A DNA stretch of 59,842 nucleotides from an uncultured Gammaproteobacteria bacterium. GTDB taxonomy: Bacteria; Patescibacteriota; Microgenomatia; UBA8517. A program made the translations under genes and the position numbers. This document shows, one piece after another, positions 1 through 9,334 of the stretch; position 1 is the stretch's first letter, and each line of letters opens with the position of its first letter. Where the stretch lies: the NCBI GenBank assembly GCA_964541395.1, contig CAZIPM010000003.1, forward strand, positions 24,655-84,496, read 5' to 3'. Under the pieces are notes generated by a model. It saw only the letters and a program-made list of their open reading frames with translations. It ran no database searches and had not been told where the DNA came from.

Positions 1-1329
1 TCCCTTAATAAATCTGAAGATAAATATCTTATTTATCTTTTTATATGATAACGGCAAAAGAATTAGATCGGCGATAAAGTTATAGACGGCAAAAATAGCA
101 AAACCGGCCATAATCGGAATCATTACAAATGAAACTGCCAGGACACGGTAGTGAAGGTACGAAAAAATCATTCTTAATTTATCAACCAAAAGTGGGCTGA
201 TATATGAAGCCAAACCTGTCCAGACCAAAAAAAATACCCCAACTCCGGCAAGACTTACCGCAGTAACAGAAATAGAGTCACGCTTCTTAAAAAGTTTAGT
301 AGCCACTAAAGCCCAAACCAATGCAATAGCCGACCCCATTATACTTAATAAAGTTAAAAGTCTTGGAACAGGAGGTATTGGGAAAACATCCGTGGGTTCA
401 ATTGGCCCCCAATCGAACAATAGCCTTTTTCCTTCCTGTACCTGAGCCCACCTGACTATTTGGTCCCTAGCCTCTACTTGTGCACCATGCTCATTGGCAA
501 CACTTGAATACTTAGCAATTGGCAGAAGCCAAAAAGCAAAAAGCAAAGCAAAAACAGCATTAACCAAAACTGAGCAAACTAAACCAAGAAGCATACCTTT
601 AATTCCCAAAAAACTATTGCTTCTAAACCAACCGTAAATTACTGAATAGACAACTAAACCTACAGCGACAGCGGAGCCGACATAGGTATGGAAATACATT
701 GTCAAACCAAGAACGATTGATGACAAAAGTAACTTAAATAAAATCAAAACTCGATGTTTTTTTTCAAAAACAGATTCCAAAAACCAGTCAAAAACCAAAA
801 ATACCCAAGGTATAAAGCCAATACCTGCCACAAATCCGTAATAACCCAATTTTAAAATCCAAAACCAAGTTGCGGGGATAAGAAGATAACCCACGGCTCC
901 CAAAAGTCCTACTGTTTGATTCTTAAGCCGAAGTGAAGAAAGGAAATAAACTCCAAAAGCACCCAATAGATACGATCCGAAAACCACCAGTCTTAAAGAT
1001 TGGACTGGAGTCAGATCTTTCCAAGTTGAGATTGTGTTTGCCAGTAAGGTAGGTGCCAAAGAATAGCTAAGAGTTAAGGCAAATCCTCCACCTTGAACAG
1101 GATACCAAAAAGGAACACGAGGAGAATATTTTCCATACCACTCGACATTATGTTCGGCATATCCTCCGTCCCCACCTTTTAAGGTACCCACCAAGATGTG
1201 GTAACCGAATAAATAAGTTACTGAAATAATAACTACTGAAGCAAGTAAAAAATAAGCCAGTCTGACTGCAGCTTCAGTCGAAAACAGACCTACTTTAAAA
1301 ACTTTTTTAACTAAATTAATAATTTTCAT
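1..1329 (-). CDS. Polytopic membrane protein, N-terminal part (gene runs off the left edge); paralog of the 1316..4603 product, GT-C-like by inference
   Basis: Absent from the ORF track because no stop lies inside the window. Hand translation from ATG at 1329 gives MKIINLVKKVFKVGLFSTEAAVRLAYFLLASVVIISVTYLFGY... It was checked stop-free at 1201-1329, 1081-1140 and 1-60. The in-frame WYGKYSPRVPFWYPVQGGGF (1081-1140) matches NVPFWYPLAGGG of the neighbour. The start overlaps the neighbour's stop by 14 nt. Confidence 0.55.
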   Translation of the reverse strand, partial: MKIINLVKKVFKVGLFSTEAAVRLAYFLLASVVIISVTYLFGYHILVGTLKGGDGGYAEHNVEWYGKYSPRVPFWYPVQGGGFALTLSYSLAPTLLANTISTWKDLTPVQSLRLVVFGSYLLGAFGVYFLSSLRLKNQTVGLLGAVGYLLIPATWFWILKLGYYGFVAGIGFIPWVFLVFDWFLESVFEKKHRVLILFKLLLSSIVLGLTMYFHTYVGSAVAVGLVVYSVIYGWFRSNSFLGIKGMLLGLVCSVLVNAVFALLFAFWLLPIAKYSSVANEHGAQVEARDQIVRWAQVQEGKRLLFDWGPIEPTDVFPIPPVPRLLTLLSIMGSAIALVWALVATKLFKKRDSISVTAVSLAGVGVFFLVWTGLASYISPLLVDKLRMIFSYLHYRVLAVSFVMIPIMAGFAIFAVYNFIADLILLPLSYKKINKIFIFRFIKG

Positions 1330-4300
1330 CTCCCGAATTATCCTTTAACCAAGAAAGAGGAGAATTTCCTGATTTTTGGTCTTTTCCTGACGTTTTATTT
1401 GATCTATTAAACAACCTTTCTGCTTTTTCCTGAATCGTAAATACGATTGATTGTTTACCTCTTACCCCTTCAGCTATTAAAAATAACATTGTAAGAAATG
1501 TAAACACTGATAAATACTTTGAAAATGATTCTACAAACGGAGTTTTATATTCATAGGTAATTGTTGATGGTTTATCCAATTTAGGTACTTCGATAAGTAC
1601 AAATCCAGGTCCTGCACGGCTGATAGTCAATTTTTTATCTTTACCATCCAAATTTAAATTGGCCTTAAAATCCTCATAATAACCTTCCTTCCAGAGTAAA
1701 AAGGTCGGACTATCTGTTTGGGGCAGGGAAAAGATTACTTTGTCAGGATTTTCTCTTTGATAACTGACCTGATAATTTCTAGGTTCCTTGGTATTGGCTA
1801 GCCAGTTAAATGAGTTTTTTAGCGCTTTGATTTCATCTTTATACAATGTTTCTTTTTGTTTGGCATGGGCAAAAATATTCATACCGCTCCAAACAACTTT
1901 CCCTTGACCCATTACACCTGAAACTACTATCGGTTTTCCTGAAACGGATACTTCAGTTTTCGCCCAAGGTTTTAAATCGGATGGGTCTGATGTTGAGACA
2001 CCCCATGGTCCATTGTCATAGACTAATGGTCCGAAGCCGTTTTTGTCTAAATCTGAGTTTATATTTCCGCCACTCTCAATTTTGTAATCGTTAGACTGTC
2101 CCAAGTTGTTCCAGGAAAGTGTTTTTAGAGGAATAATGTTAAGTGTATTTTTACTTTCCCAATCCGGGTTTTTATATTGCCAACCAGTATCAATAAATAC
2201 TCCCCCTCCTTCATTGACATACGAAGTTAATAATTTATCTGCTTTTCCTTTACTGGAATAGCTGTAGCCCTGAAGAATTATCATGTCGTATTTCTTTAAT
2301 TCAGTTAACGAATAATCATCAATTTTGTCTTTACCCCAAACCAAAATATTATTGTCATAGGGAAGAGTTCCCAGAAGTGACACTGTAAAAACCTGGTCGT
2401 ACGTGGCAAATTCTTTTTGACCGATCACTAGTACTGTTTTTTTTGATGAAAGCTCAGCCAACTCATTCTTTTTAGGGTATTTATATATACCGTTACCCCA
2501 GTCTCCTGAAAAGACTTCCCAACCCGCTCTTTTGAATAAGTTTTCCTCACTTGTAGAATAGATACTGGGCACATCAAAGACATAATTAATCCCAAACCAT
2601 TTATTAATATCGTTTACCATCTCAGGGTCGTCATACATTGGAGAATTAAGATAATAAACAATCTGTTGAAAACCTTGAAATCTATGGATTAAGGAAGCTG
2701 AGGCTACATATATATGAATTTGCGATAAATTTCTTGTCACATTATATAAAGGGGTCATCATAGAATCCCCTCCCATGAATGGTGAAAAGTCAATTCTTCC
2801 ATCGGGATTGTCTTTTTCAATGATTTCAAGTTGCTGATTCAAACCTTCATTGGGATTAAAACCTGTTGCTAATTTTAGTCTTGGCCAGGCTGATATTTCA
2901 AGCTGCTCCTCTAAATTAAAATATGCGTATTTACAGACTTCAGATTGTTCCTTTCCATCCTTGCAACTCTCCCAAAACTGTAGTGTGTCTTCTGGGGTTA
3001 CTGTTTCTGGACTGCAAATAACAGGAAGTGTATTACCTTTTTTTTCTTCTAAGTCGCACCAGCTGACAACCTGTGAAGGTGGAAAATATTTTTTCATTGC
3101 TGAATTACACCACCTTTGCCAGCCTCCGACCTTTTCAAATTTTGCTTCAAAGTTTATTCTCTCTTCATCGCTTTCAAAATCCTTGCCAGGACAGATATCA
3201 AAACCGATCATGTTACCGTCTGCGTCTCTTACCCCCCAAATATTTTTTGTATCAATCCCGTTTGCGCCGTAATTATAAACAATTGGCTTTAAAGTAGGTT
3301 TGGTGTAAATCAAGACAAAGGCAAAAGCAATCAGTGACAAAAAAGCTATAGTTATATTAATCGGATAGCGGATTATTTTATTTTTTATCCAAAAGAAGGG
3401 TAATGAAAATAGTCCTACCAACCCCAAACCTGCAAGAATTGGAATTACCATCCTCATAACCGCATACATAGGCCTCCAACCAAAACTAGAAGCAATAAAT
3501 CCCAATGGTAATTTATTTAAAAAATAAACGTAGTAATATGGGGAAAAAGCCAGAAATATTCCAAATAACCCATATAGAGAATAAACCCATTTCCTTTTGT
3601 CTTTCCAGGAATAAAATAATACACCCATAAAAGCCAAGACAGAAACAACAACCGGAAACTTAAAAAATTTCATACCATGAAGAAATGTACCTCGTTGAAT
3701 TTCGTCTAAACCGACTATATTCCTAATCGAAGGTAACACTTGTTGGTAGTCCTTAATAGTCGGCGGTGAAGCAGAACCGACTCCTCCGATACTGGCGAAT
3801 TTGGCATATCTGGCAAAGGGAGTTGTAAAGGCTGAAGTGGCAGTTAGTGATAAAATACCGACAATAAATAAAGCAATTATCCCATTAATTAGTACACTTT
3901 TTCTTTCTCCTTTGGAAAATAAAAAGTATACTACAACGTAGAAGTAGAATATGCCCATAACTGCATATCCCGAAAGGAAATGGGTAGCGGTTGTTAAGGT
4001 GATAAAAAGAATAGTAAAAAATAGATACAGTCTGGTTTTAACCCCATAATCTTTCTTAATTACCGAGCTAAAAAATAAATCAAAAAATAGAATCGTGGGA
4101 ACTACAAATGTATGTGATATGCTTTCAGCGTAAAATCCCCAATTTGTTAACCAAGTCCAACTGATTGGGGAAATTAAATAACAAATAGCTGCTATCAAAG
4201 CTGCTGTTTGATTTTTAAATCGTAGTGCTACAAATGCATAAATTGTCACGGCTACAACAATTATTGATCCATAACCCACCACACTTAGCGCGGAAATGAG

Positions 4301-4603
4301 ATTCAAATCGAATAAATTTTTTATAAAACTCACAATATAGAACGACAGTGCCGGATATGCATGGGTCAATGAAACTCCTCCGCCAGCCAAGGGATACCAA
4401 AACGGAACATTAGGATAAAACTTGTCAAACCAGACAAGCATGGCAATATAACTCTGAGTATCTGTCCCCCATGCCCCACTCAAATAAGCATAACCTCCAA
4501 CCAAGTAAGAAACTGCAAGAATAATAGCTAAAGCAAGTAAAAGATAGCCGGTACGGATGAGTACTTCAACAGACTTAACGATGTACGTTAAAACTTTTTT
4601 CAT
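1316..4603 (-). CDS. Large polytopic membrane protein: about 12 N-terminal TM segments, a roughly 600-aa extracytoplasmic domain and a C-terminal TM; putative GT-C-like glycosyltransferase
   Basis: 1098-aa track ORF. The track start at 4612 is TTG; the first ATG is at 4603 (MKKVLTYIV...). It has a hydrophobic N-terminal third, the PFWYPLAGGG motif shared with the 1..1329 product, and a C-terminal hydrophobic stretch (LSVFTFLTMLFLIAEG). Confidence 0.75.
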   Translation of the reverse strand: MKKVLTYIVKSVEVLIRTGYLLLALAIILAVSYLVGGYAYLSGAWGTDTQSYIAMLVWFDKFYPNVPFWYPLAGGGVSLTHAYPALSFYIVSFIKNLFDLNLISALSVVGYGSIIVVAVTIYAFVALRFKNQTAALIAAICYLISPISWTWLTNWGFYAESISHTFVVPTILFFDLFFSSVIKKDYGVKTRLYLFFTILFITLTTATHFLSGYAVMGIFYFYVVVYFLFSKGERKSVLINGIIALFIVGILSLTATSAFTTPFARYAKFASIGGVGSASPPTIKDYQQVLPSIRNIVGLDEIQRGTFLHGMKFFKFPVVVSVLAFMGVLFYSWKDKRKWVYSLYGLFGIFLAFSPYYYVYFLNKLPLGFIASSFGWRPMYAVMRMVIPILAGLGLVGLFSLPFFWIKNKIIRYPINITIAFLSLIAFAFVLIYTKPTLKPIVYNYGANGIDTKNIWGVRDADGNMIGFDICPGKDFESDEERINFEAKFEKVGGWQRWCNSAMKKYFPPSQVVSWCDLEEKKGNTLPVICSPETVTPEDTLQFWESCKDGKEQSEVCKYAYFNLEEQLEISAWPRLKLATGFNPNEGLNQQLEIIEKDNPDGRIDFSPFMGGDSMMTPLYNVTRNLSQIHIYVASASLIHRFQGFQQIVYYLNSPMYDDPEMVNDINKWFGINYVFDVPSIYSTSEENLFKRAGWEVFSGDWGNGIYKYPKKNELAELSSKKTVLVIGQKEFATYDQVFTVSLLGTLPYDNNILVWGKDKIDDYSLTELKKYDMIILQGYSYSSKGKADKLLTSYVNEGGGVFIDTGWQYKNPDWESKNTLNIIPLKTLSWNNLGQSNDYKIESGGNINSDLDKNGFGPLVYDNGPWGVSTSDPSDLKPWAKTEVSVSGKPIVVSGVMGQGKVVWSGMNIFAHAKQKETLYKDEIKALKNSFNWLANTKEPRNYQVSYQRENPDKVIFSLPQTDSPTFLLWKEGYYEDFKANLNLDGKDKKLTISRAGPGFVLIEVPKLDKPSTITYEYKTPFVESFSKYLSVFTFLTMLFLIAEGVRGKQSIVFTIQEKAERLFNRSNKTSGKDQKSGNSPLSWLKDNSGDENY

Positions 4604-5717
4604 AGCTGGCAAGGGTAAGCTTTGCGTAATTTTTCAAGGTCAAATTTTTCTTTACCCAAAGATTACCTCTATTTAGTATTGTTTCAAATTTTTTAGGGTT
4701 TGATAAGTAGCTTTTAATGGTTTTTGTAAGCTCCAGTTGATTAGGTTGATATATAAGTCCGATTTTATTGTCTTTTAATATTTCAGCTACCCCTGCCATT
4801 GAACTGACTATCGGCATAGTTTTACAGTACAATGCCTCAAGTGCCGTCATACTGAGACCTTCATTATCTACATTAGAGGTAACTAAAACAGCATCAGCAA
4901 TTTTATATAAGTCTGAAATCTCACCTTCTTTAACAACTCCCGTAAATTTTACAAAGTTCTGTAAATTATATTTTTTTACAATATCTTGTAGTCTTCCTCT
5001 GTCATTACCGCTTCCTGTTAAAATCAAATAAATGTTGGGGAAATCAATTTTAAGTCTTTGAACAGCCATAATTGCAATTTCCTGGTTCTTTTTGGGATGA
5101 AGTGCTGCGGGGTGTAAAACTACTAATTTATTTTTTAAGTTATATTTTTCAATAGTATTTTTAATCTGTGTATTTTTGAACCTATTTACATCTATCGCAG
5201 GAATTAATACAACAACACCCTCAACACCGAAAACCTTTTTAATCACTCTGGTAATTCTTGGAGCTAGGGCATTGTACGAATCTGCTTTTTTGGCTAAGAA
5301 CCCGTGCATGAGTCTGTTAAAAACACTTTTCTCTTCATAAGCAAAAATAGTCCAGACTAGTTTTATTTTTTTCTGTTCCGTAATTCTTCTAATTTTAGCT
5401 ATAAAATAGCCAGCCCAAAGTGCAAAACCTGATTCTGTATCTACAATATCCACATTTTTACTGTTCTTTAGTCCAAGGTAAAACATGGAAAAGAAACTAC
5501 TTATAAAAAATATATAATCATTTTCAAACAGTTTATTAAAAAATTTATTTGGCTTTATTAACTTAACATGACTTTTTATTGTCATTGCCTTTTTTTCAAC
5601 TCTTCCCACCACAAAAACAACTTCGTGTCCTTCTGCTACTAAACCTAACGCCCTGGTGTAATATATCCGTTCTCCTCCTCTGTACGACAAAGAGGGTAAG
5701 ATAATAATTATTTTCAT
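4575..5717 (-). CDS. Glycosyltransferase, GT4 (GT-B fold, Glycos_transf_1-like)
   Basis: 380 aa. N-terminus is MKIIIILPSLSYRGGERIYY. EX7E-type motif NEGLSMTALEALYCKTMPIV. Overlaps the downstream gene. Confidence 0.85.
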   Translation of the reverse strand: MKIIIILPSLSYRGGERIYYTRALGLVAEGHEVVFVVGRVEKKAMTIKSHVKLIKPNKFFNKLFENDYIFFISSFFSMFYLGLKNSKNVDIVDTESGFALWAGYFIAKIRRITEQKKIKLVWTIFAYEEKSVFNRLMHGFLAKKADSYNALAPRITRVIKKVFGVEGVVVLIPAIDVNRFKNTQIKNTIEKYNLKNKLVVLHPAALHPKKNQEIAIMAVQRLKIDFPNIYLILTGSGNDRGRLQDIVKKYNLQNFVKFTGVVKEGEISDLYKIADAVLVTSNVDNEGLSMTALEALYCKTMPIVSSMAGVAEILKDNKIGLIYQPNQLELTKTIKSYLSNPKKFETILNRGNLWVKKNLTLKNYAKLTLASYEKSFNVHR

Positions 5718-5718
5718 A

Positions 5719-6429
5719 TCAGTTAATTAATTTTCTTTTTACCGCGTAAATGTGGGCTTCTTGTCCTTTTACTCCCGAAAGAAGGAAGTCTTCCAGGTTT
5801 ACAAAAAAACCTACAAAATCTATCAATTTTTGCTTCACTTTTAAAGGTTTATATTTACCTTTATTGGTAATGTTTAGATTTGTAAAATAAAAAAAACTTA
5901 AAATCTGATACAAGAAATGATAGCTGTATCTGATTTTAATTATTTTAAATTTAGAGGTAGTTAAAAGTAATTTAATTTCCTTTAATGTAAATTGTTGGAT
6001 ATGGCCTATCGGACTTTTTTTTTGATTTATGCCAAATACCTTTCTCATGACACCGTCAATTGTATACAATTCACCTTCTATTGGAACAACCAAATGAAAT
6101 TTCCCTTTCCGCTTCAAGACTCTGGAAATCTCTGATATTGCAAGAGCTGGTTTTTTCAGATGTTCCAATACGTCAGTCATTAAAACAAAATCAAATTTGG
6201 AATCTGTAAAATTTAACTTTTCAGCTTTGGATTGTATAAAGTAAAATTTGTAATTTTCATATTTTTTAATATCACAACCTCTTATTTTTAATTTGGGAAA
6301 ATTACTATTTATCTCATTTAATAACCAGCCACTTCCGCATCCAACATCCAATAATTCTCCTTTTGCTGATTGCAATGATTCAAGAAGATACTTCAAATGG
6401 TAATATCTAGAGTGAGTCTTTTGAATCAT
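5719..6429 (-). CDS. Class I SAM-dependent methyltransferase
   Basis: 236 aa. Motif I is LLDVGCGSGW. DVLEHLKKPALAISEISRVLKRKG resembles the Methyltransf_11/23 type. A 4-nt overlap with the upstream GT4 stop suggests operon coupling. Confidence 0.85.
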   Translation of the reverse strand: MIQKTHSRYYHLKYLLESLQSAKGELLDVGCGSGWLLNEINSNFPKLKIRGCDIKKYENYKFYFIQSKAEKLNFTDSKFDFVLMTDVLEHLKKPALAISEISRVLKRKGKFHLVVPIEGELYTIDGVMRKVFGINQKKSPIGHIQQFTLKEIKLLLTTSKFKIIKIRYSYHFLYQILSFFYFTNLNITNKGKYKPLKVKQKLIDFVGFFVNLEDFLLSGVKGQEAHIYAVKRKLIN

Positions 6430-7628
6430 ACTTTAATAGCTTTTTTTAGATAAATTTCCAGTTCGTCAACATGTACATTTAAAGAATATTTATTAAGAGC
6501 AATTTTTTTTGCCTCTTTTGTAATTTTCTTTACCAGTTTATCATCTTTTAAAAGCAGTTTTATTTTACTTGCAAAATCAGAGACATCATAAGGTCGTGCC
6601 AAGAGTCCACTAACATTATTTATTATAACTTTAGAAGGTCCGGCAGCATCCCAGGCAACTACCGGTGTTCCATACTTCATCGCTTCCACAACGCCCATAC
6701 CAAAATCTTCTTCAGGAGCTGTATAGATATAAACTTCTGCGTCCTTATAGAGTCTTTTTATCTTATTTTCATCCAGATAACCTGTAAAAATAACTTTATC
6801 GGTAAGTGATGTTCTGGCAATTAAGGCATGAAGTTCAAGTGTGTAGTCTGTTTCGGCTCCAGAAATTACAAGTTTAAGATCAGGGAAATCTTTAAGAAGT
6901 GATGCAAATGCAAGTATCCCGTATTCAAACCTTTTTTGTGGAAAGTGTCTGTTAGTTAATAAGATAAATGGCTTATCGATTACTTTATTTGTTGTGGACT
7001 TCACTCCATCTGCTCCCGACGGTACCGAAATGACTTTTATTTTATAAATTTTTTCTAAAACCTTTTGAATATATTCCCCGTTAGATAATATATAATTCGA
7101 ATTTCTTATACTTACCTCGTCTGCAAAAACAATGAAGCTTTTACATAATTCCATCAGTTTAGCAGACAAAGAGTGATCGGCTTTTTTTGAAAATATAAGC
7201 CCTGTTTCCTGATCAACGTTTCTTCTGTGTAAAAACCTGGTTGGTTGAGCCAGATATGAAACATATGGAACTTTAAAAAAAAGATTGACCCAAAAAGCCA
7301 TCCAGCTTGAGGGTTGGTTACAGGCTAATATTACGTCATAGTTTCTAAACCTGAAGGAAAAAAATGGTGCAAGTGCACAGTTAACCAGAATTTGCATTGA
7401 TTCATGATTTTTACCAAGAGTTGGCAGAAACGGAATAAACAATTTAATTTTATGTTTTTTGATTAAATCAGGGAAACATTTTTTCTTGTCAACTACAGAA
7501 GTAAATATTTGCAATTTATGTCCTCTTTTTGTTAGTTCAAAAGCTTCCTGAAGTACCAGTTTTTCACCACCTCCGGAATAAATGAAACCTAAATGAAAAA
7601 TTGCTATTTTCAATGATTTAGATTTCAT
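6426..7628 (-). CDS. Glycosyltransferase, GT4
   Basis: 400 aa. Motifs: IFHLGFIYSGGGEKLV, LLTNRHFPQKRFEYG, EEDFGMGVVEAMKYGTPVVAW. Paralog of 17374..18630. Confidence 0.85.
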   Translation of the reverse strand: MKSKSLKIAIFHLGFIYSGGGEKLVLQEAFELTKRGHKLQIFTSVVDKKKCFPDLIKKHKIKLFIPFLPTLGKNHESMQILVNCALAPFFSFRFRNYDVILACNQPSSWMAFWVNLFFKVPYVSYLAQPTRFLHRRNVDQETGLIFSKKADHSLSAKLMELCKSFIVFADEVSIRNSNYILSNGEYIQKVLEKIYKIKVISVPSGADGVKSTTNKVIDKPFILLTNRHFPQKRFEYGILAFASLLKDFPDLKLVISGAETDYTLELHALIARTSLTDKVIFTGYLDENKIKRLYKDAEVYIYTAPEEDFGMGVVEAMKYGTPVVAWDAAGPSKVIINNVSGLLARPYDVSDFASKIKLLLKDDKLVKKITKEAKKIALNKYSLNVHVDELEIYLKKAIKV

Positions 7629-8667
7629 ATATGTGGTAATTTTTTTCTGAAAGATTTTTTCTGATCCACGATTTAATTCTTAACCCACTAGATTCTAGCC
7701 TCTTTTTATCACCAATTGCACTACTAATTCTTTTTGCTAAATCACTAGAGTTTTGACCAGAAACAAAACCAATTTCTTCATGCTCTAAAACTTCATCTGC
7801 TCCACTGCCTCTGATTACAATTGATCTTATACCAGCTGATCCTGCTTCAAATGGAACCAAATTAAACCCTTCAGTTTTATGTGAAGGTAGTACAACTAAA
7901 TCACAGGATTTATAAAGGTCTCGAATTTGGATAGGGTTTTTATACCCCAAAAGAGTAACCCCCTCTTGTTTTCTTAGATCCAAATCCCCTTCCCCTACTA
8001 ATACCAGTTCTGCATTTTTAATCTTCTTTTTTACTTTCTTAAATGCGCTAAGAAGTAAATTTATGGATTTTTCTCTTTTCAGTCTGGTAACCGAAAGTAA
8101 TATCTTTTTTCCTTCCCAACCCAATTTTTTTCTTATATCAACCCCCTGGGAATAGAATTTAAAATCAATTGCAGGATGTGAGACTGTAGCTTCTATACCC
8201 AATTTGTCATGAATTTGTCTTTTAACTTTTTCGGAAACTGCAATTATTTTCTGACAATTCCTTGCAAATAATTTATCCATAAAATCAGAATTAGATTGTG
8301 GGAAATTATGTACTGTCCAATAAACAGGAATATTCCTCAATTTTCCTACAATAACTGCTATCCAAAGGGTGGGAAAGTTGTGCGGATTTAAAAGCAAGGC
8401 ATCCTTCGAGTGTTTTAAAACCAGAAAAAATAATATTGGGAAACCTAATAGTAAAAAAATAAATTTATTTGATTTCAGAATATTATCAATAAATTTTGGT
8501 GTAAGTACTTTGACTTGATTAAGATTATGTGCAGTTGATTTTTTAGTGTACAAAGCCAAAACTTTAGTTTCATACCCTTTGGTTTGAAGATACTTAGCTA
8601 TTCCAACACTTACAGCCTCTGCCCCTCCGTATGACAGAAATGGTTGGATAACCAATACTCTCTTCAT
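7618..8667 (-). CDS. Glycosyltransferase, GT4
   Basis: 349 aa. Motifs: LVIQPFLSYGGAEAV and TEGFNLVPFEAGSAGIRSIV. Its ATG overlaps the stop of the upstream XRE gene as ATGA at 8664-8667. Confidence 0.85.
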   Translation of the reverse strand: MKRVLVIQPFLSYGGAEAVSVGIAKYLQTKGYETKVLALYTKKSTAHNLNQVKVLTPKFIDNILKSNKFIFLLLGFPILFFLVLKHSKDALLLNPHNFPTLWIAVIVGKLRNIPVYWTVHNFPQSNSDFMDKLFARNCQKIIAVSEKVKRQIHDKLGIEATVSHPAIDFKFYSQGVDIRKKLGWEGKKILLSVTRLKREKSINLLLSAFKKVKKKIKNAELVLVGEGDLDLRKQEGVTLLGYKNPIQIRDLYKSCDLVVLPSHKTEGFNLVPFEAGSAGIRSIVIRGSGADEVLEHEEIGFVSGQNSSDLAKRISSAIGDKKRLESSGLRIKSWIRKNLSEKNYHIYEI

Positions 8668-8945
8668 GGAGCAAATTTTATCTCAATCTTTTTCCCCAAA
8701 GCCCCAGCCAATTTTTGCAATACACTTAAGGTGGGACTGACGGACATACTTTCAATTCTTGAGATAACTGCCTGAGTGGTGTTTGCTTTTTTAGCCAATT
8801 GCCTTTGTGACATGTTTTTATCAATTCTGGATTTAATTAATGCCTTGCCAACCTGGTATGCAGGTTCACTTTTATCCCACTCCTTTTTGAATTTAGGATC
8901 TTTCATCATTTCTTTTAAAACTTCGTCAAAATACAATTTTTTCAT
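8664..8945 (-). CDS. XRE-family HTH protein, HigA-like antitoxin or regulator
   Basis: 93 aa. HTH is MSQRQLAKKANTTQAVISRIE. It lies directly downstream of a RelE/HigB(Gp49)-like reading frame. Confidence 0.8.
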   Translation of the reverse strand: MKKLYFDEVLKEMMKDPKFKKEWDKSEPAYQVGKALIKSRIDKNMSQRQLAKKANTTQAVISRIESMSVSPTLSVLQKLAGALGKKIEIKFAP

Positions 8946-8971
8946 ATATAATCATGATATCTTTTAAGATA

Positions 8972-9310
8972 TCAATTGTCAAGTTCTGATTTATATCTTT
9001 TAGCACTAATCTGTAAATCTTTTGTTGAAGTTTTATTACTTTTCTTTTTAAAAATATGTAAAATTACAATTTCGTTTTGAATTATCGACATACAAACAAT
9101 TCTCACGCTATCACCTCCTAAAATCCTTGCTTCCTATAATTTTGTACCGGATATTTTTTTCAAGCTTGGATTTGCAATTGTAAGACCAAACTCTATAAGG
9201 TAGTTAATTTGACGTGCAATTTTATTTTGTAATGATTTAGGTGATGAGAAAATAAAGTCTTTGATTGGTGAATACCCATCTTTAGTCTTGTATAATCTGA
9301 CTTTGAACAT
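8972..9310 (-). pseudogene. RelE/HigB (Gp49-like) toxin gene interrupted by an in-frame TAG
   Basis: Hand translation from ATG at 9310: MFKVRLYKTKDGYSPIKDFIFSSPKSLQNKIARQINYLIEFGLTIANPSLKKISGTKL, then TAG (9134-9136). The same frame continues EARILGGDSVRIVCMSIIQNEIVILHIFKKKSNKTSTKDLQISAKRYKSELDN, then TGA (8972-8974). Length and the ...VILHIFKKKS.KT... motif are typical of this toxin family. Confidence 0.6.
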
Positions 9311-9334
9311 ACGTAAATTATGTATTTAAGTTTA

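Noticed and set aside
1846-4400. Short ORFs nested in or antisense to the 1098-aa membrane-protein gene (1846-2094, 2850-3272, 3073-3297, 4215-4400).
   Set aside because: They overlap a long ORF with coherent membrane-protein features. Their translations are Ser/Leu/Phe/Cys-rich with no motifs, as expected for antisense or off-frame reading of AT-rich coding DNA.
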